This document shows, piece by piece, positions 61,101-64,000 of a stretch of 64,000 nucleotides of DNA. Every line of letters begins with the position of its first letter. The stretch's first letter is position 1. The stretch comes from Azolla caroliniana (Eukaryota; Plantae; Polypodiophyta): contig JBHGNT010000008.1 of assembly GCA_043228905.1 (NCBI GenBank), positions 11,842,001 through 11,906,000 of the forward strand, read 5' to 3'. A program made the translations under genes and the position numbers. The notes below the pieces were generated by a model. The model did no database searches, was not told the origin of the DNA, and saw only the letters and a program-made list of their open reading frames with translations.

Positions 61101-62523
61101 GATGTTGACAGAACACCGGATCGAGCCCTTTCATATCCTCAAATCACCATGCAAAGAAATATCTATACTGTTGAAGAAGATTACTTAGTTTGGCTTTGTC
61201 GGCTGACTCCATCTCTTTTGCTATCCGAATTTCTTTGGTTCAACATCCTTTTCGGCTAAATTTAATTCTTCTAATGTGACGCCTACACTCGCTGAGATAC
61301 ATGCATTTCTCTTTCCATAGCTTCATGTTATAGTCGTAATTCTTTAATAGTTTTATCATCGACAAGCATCTCCTCCTCTTTTTCTTCCTCCCCGAAATAA
61401 GGCGTGAGTGTCTGAACAATGTCAACTTCAAATAATTGAATGATCTTGGGATTATCTTCGAAGTATTGTTCTACTTCTACATGATCCAATCCCTCCATCA
61501 TGTTAACTGCTTCTGCATGAATTGGTAAACATTGTTGAAATGTGGTGACCTTCTCTTGTGTCGACACCCGAATCTTGTTCTTGCCTTTTTGGAATGTCAA
61601 CACATTTCTCTGCCAATTCTGCTTCATATTAGCAGTTTTGAGCCAAGATCCGCCCAATAATAAAGGATATGCACCTAGTGCATCTAAATGAAGAACCACT
61701 ACCGAGATTTGAAATGTGTGGCCACCGATGAAAATGTCCAAATGTTGAATCAGTCCGAGTGGTCGGACAGTTCTCGTATCGGCCATTCGTAACAAAAAAG
61801 GATAGGTGTCCCATTTCGTAATATTGAGCTGATCACATGTCAGCTTATTTATCACATTGACACTAGAACCACCATCGACAATGGTCCTTGAGACTTCCTA
61901 GCCACAAATTATTACCCTGATTGTTGGCCTCTGCTTATCCATTACTGTTGGTCCTGTGATTGGATTATTATAATTTATGAATACTTTTTCTGCCCCATTC
62001 TGTGCAATAATTGTGGTGACCTTTTCGTTAAATCTCGGCACTAAATTCAATAATCCAGCTAGGGGTAATGACACTTAACAATCTGCCAAGACTTTCCATG
62101 TTTCTTCGTCTTCAGGTGCTGCAACATGTTGCAACATTCGGGCCACGTTTTTGTTGTTGGCCTCTTCGACTCATTCCTTGGCTGTTTTTCATACTGCCTC
62201 TTGTACTTCCCACTCTGATTGTTTAGCCTTATTGCGAGTGGTTACCTTCTATACTTCGGGCACAACCATATTCACCGTAGGTGCTTTCCCTTTATGATTT
62301 GTCGGGCATTGATTTTCATAATGACCATCCTTCCTACAAATATAGCAAGTCGGTACCGATGGTCCACTGGATTTTCCATTTTCATACTGAGGTCGACGAG
62401 CATCTTGAGATTCAGAGTCATATCTGGCTCTTAAATCATGCTGAAACTGTCAAGATCCTTTAGACTTTCTATTATCATGGTATCAACGATTCAGTGGTCA
62501 ATTATCGCTATTCCTCCTGTGAT

Positions 62524-63137
62524 CATAGATTGCCATATTCGCATTCGTCGGGTTTCCCATTCGAATGCAAATGAATACGAATACAAATACGAATGGGTAG
62601 TCAAGTATTCGTTTTAGCCCCCCCCCCCCAAAAAAAAAAAACTTAACAATAAATAGGGATAATAAAAGAGGGACTTGACAAATACTAAATTTTTATAATA
62701 AATGTATAACTTATAAGCATTCGTTTTATTTTTAATAAATAAATAAAATAAAATAAAGGCTCATTAATTTCTCACTTTTTATTTCCTCAAAATTTATGGA
62801 TATTTTTATCTTGACATTAAAAATAGTACTTCAAACTAATCATATCTTCAAAGTTCATACTAATTAGTAATCATATTTGTATAATAAATATAAAAAAAAA
62901 TTTTAAAAAAATTTAATTAATTAAAATAAGTTTCATAAACTCTCTTGACACTATAATCTATTAATGAATAATTGTTTTTTTGGTGAAATACATTTATTTA
63001 AATAAATAAATAAATTTTTTATATTTATTTTACAAACGAATGGTTTTTTAATATTCTTGGGGCCGTTTTGTATTCTCGAATATGGAGAATATTGCGCATG
63101 GAGAATATCACGAATATCACGCATGTGTCAATCTATG
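62524..63137. mobile_element. Non-autonomous hAT-type MITE (614 bp)
   Basis: TIR CATAGATTG...CAATCTATG; 8-bp TSD CCTGTGAT (62516-62523, 63138-63145); subterminal GAATA/TATTC repeats; AT-rich core. Confidence 0.92.
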
Positions 63138-64000
63138 CCTGTGATCATGGGATCTTCTGTCCTCCGAGTGTCGACCACCCCGGTAAGGTTATCGATTATT
63201 TCTATCCTACTGGGTGAATAGTCCCTATCGCGTTGATAATCATCTTTTTGATCATCTTCTCGCCGATAATCGTGTTGTCGATAATCATCCCTCCGATTAT
63301 CTTCCCTCCGATTATCATCCCTCTAACTATCATCTCTCCAATTATGATTTGACCGATATCGATCCTCATATTCTGACCGATAATGATCTGGCCTATTCTG
63401 GTCCTCTTGAAAGTTGTTTTCGGGGTGAATCTGTCGGATTGGTGTTGTGGTTTTATTGAGTAAATTGTACTCACATTGATCGACAGAATGCGCCTTGGAG
63501 TGGCAGATCATACAATGAGTACGCAAACTACATTCCATCGTAGAATGCCCCATATTGAGACATGCAGTGCATTGCACGACTTGTAGGAATCTTAACTCCT
63601 TCAATGTAGGTAAAGACTTGTGTAATGCCGCCATATTCATAGTGTTATTGCTCTTGGTTCTATCCACTGCTAGTGCTTTATCAATCACTTGCTCTAGTGA
63701 TTGATTCTTCAAATCAACAAAGCTAAAGTTCTTCGGAGTGGCCTACGTAATGCCTCCAAGAATATGTCTTTCAGCTCTTCCTTAGAAATTGGTTGCACAA
63801 TTTGGAGATGAAGATTTTGAATTTGGATGACAAATTGCGACATTGTTTCATGGGGTTCTTGATATGCCGCATAAAACTGACTAATTAGATCCTTCTGCGG
63901 AATCTATCAATGAAATAATTGAACGAATTTTGTAGTTAATTGTTGAAAAGATTCGAACACTCTCGGCTTAGCGGAGCAATATCCAGGAGGTCCAAGAAGC

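Larger units (their letters stand above)
52103..64000 (-). mobile_element. Old family A-like gypsy: gag-pol with integrase (~58400-64000), coiled-coil ORF (52699-57270, interrupted), hairpin motif, probable 3' LTR 52103-52651; runs off the right edge
   Basis: Twin CCHC knuckles (63323-63712), LRMADTRTVRPLG, FLDD, FVDASD, and INT GLWWP...CDLCQ...[10 protein letters not shown] (59159-59605). Coiled-coil ORFs at 56470-57186 and 55969-56427. Confidence 0.85.

Overview
Eukaryotic land-plant DNA; the transposon repertoire suggests a non-seed plant such as a fern or bryophyte (inference). About 85% is a nested transposon stack around one intact host gene, a 9-exon SAWADEE HOMEODOMAIN HOMOLOG (SHH1/SHH2-like, 264 aa, 38867-44944, +). 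Family labels A-C are mine. Gypsy family A has an Arg-type PBS and a coiled-coil extra ORF after pol, in several copies, one complete with TSD. Gypsy family B has a Trp-type PBS and 4-bp ACGT TSDs, and includes a gag-only derivative, a decayed gag-pol copy and a solo LTR. Also present: an intact Ty1/copia (1337-aa ORF, 5-bp TSD), TRIM-like family C, L1- and RTE-like LINE remnants, and a hAT MITE. The most unusual items are (1) a fold-back array of 178-bp satellite monomers with about 1-kb arms, inserted without a TSD into a retrotransposon ORF; (2) LTRs carrying an antisense tRNA-like Pol III A/B-box cassette; (3) apparent ACGT targeting by family B; and (4) a conserved hairpin in place of a normal PPT in family A. 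All calls were made by eye; no database searches were run.
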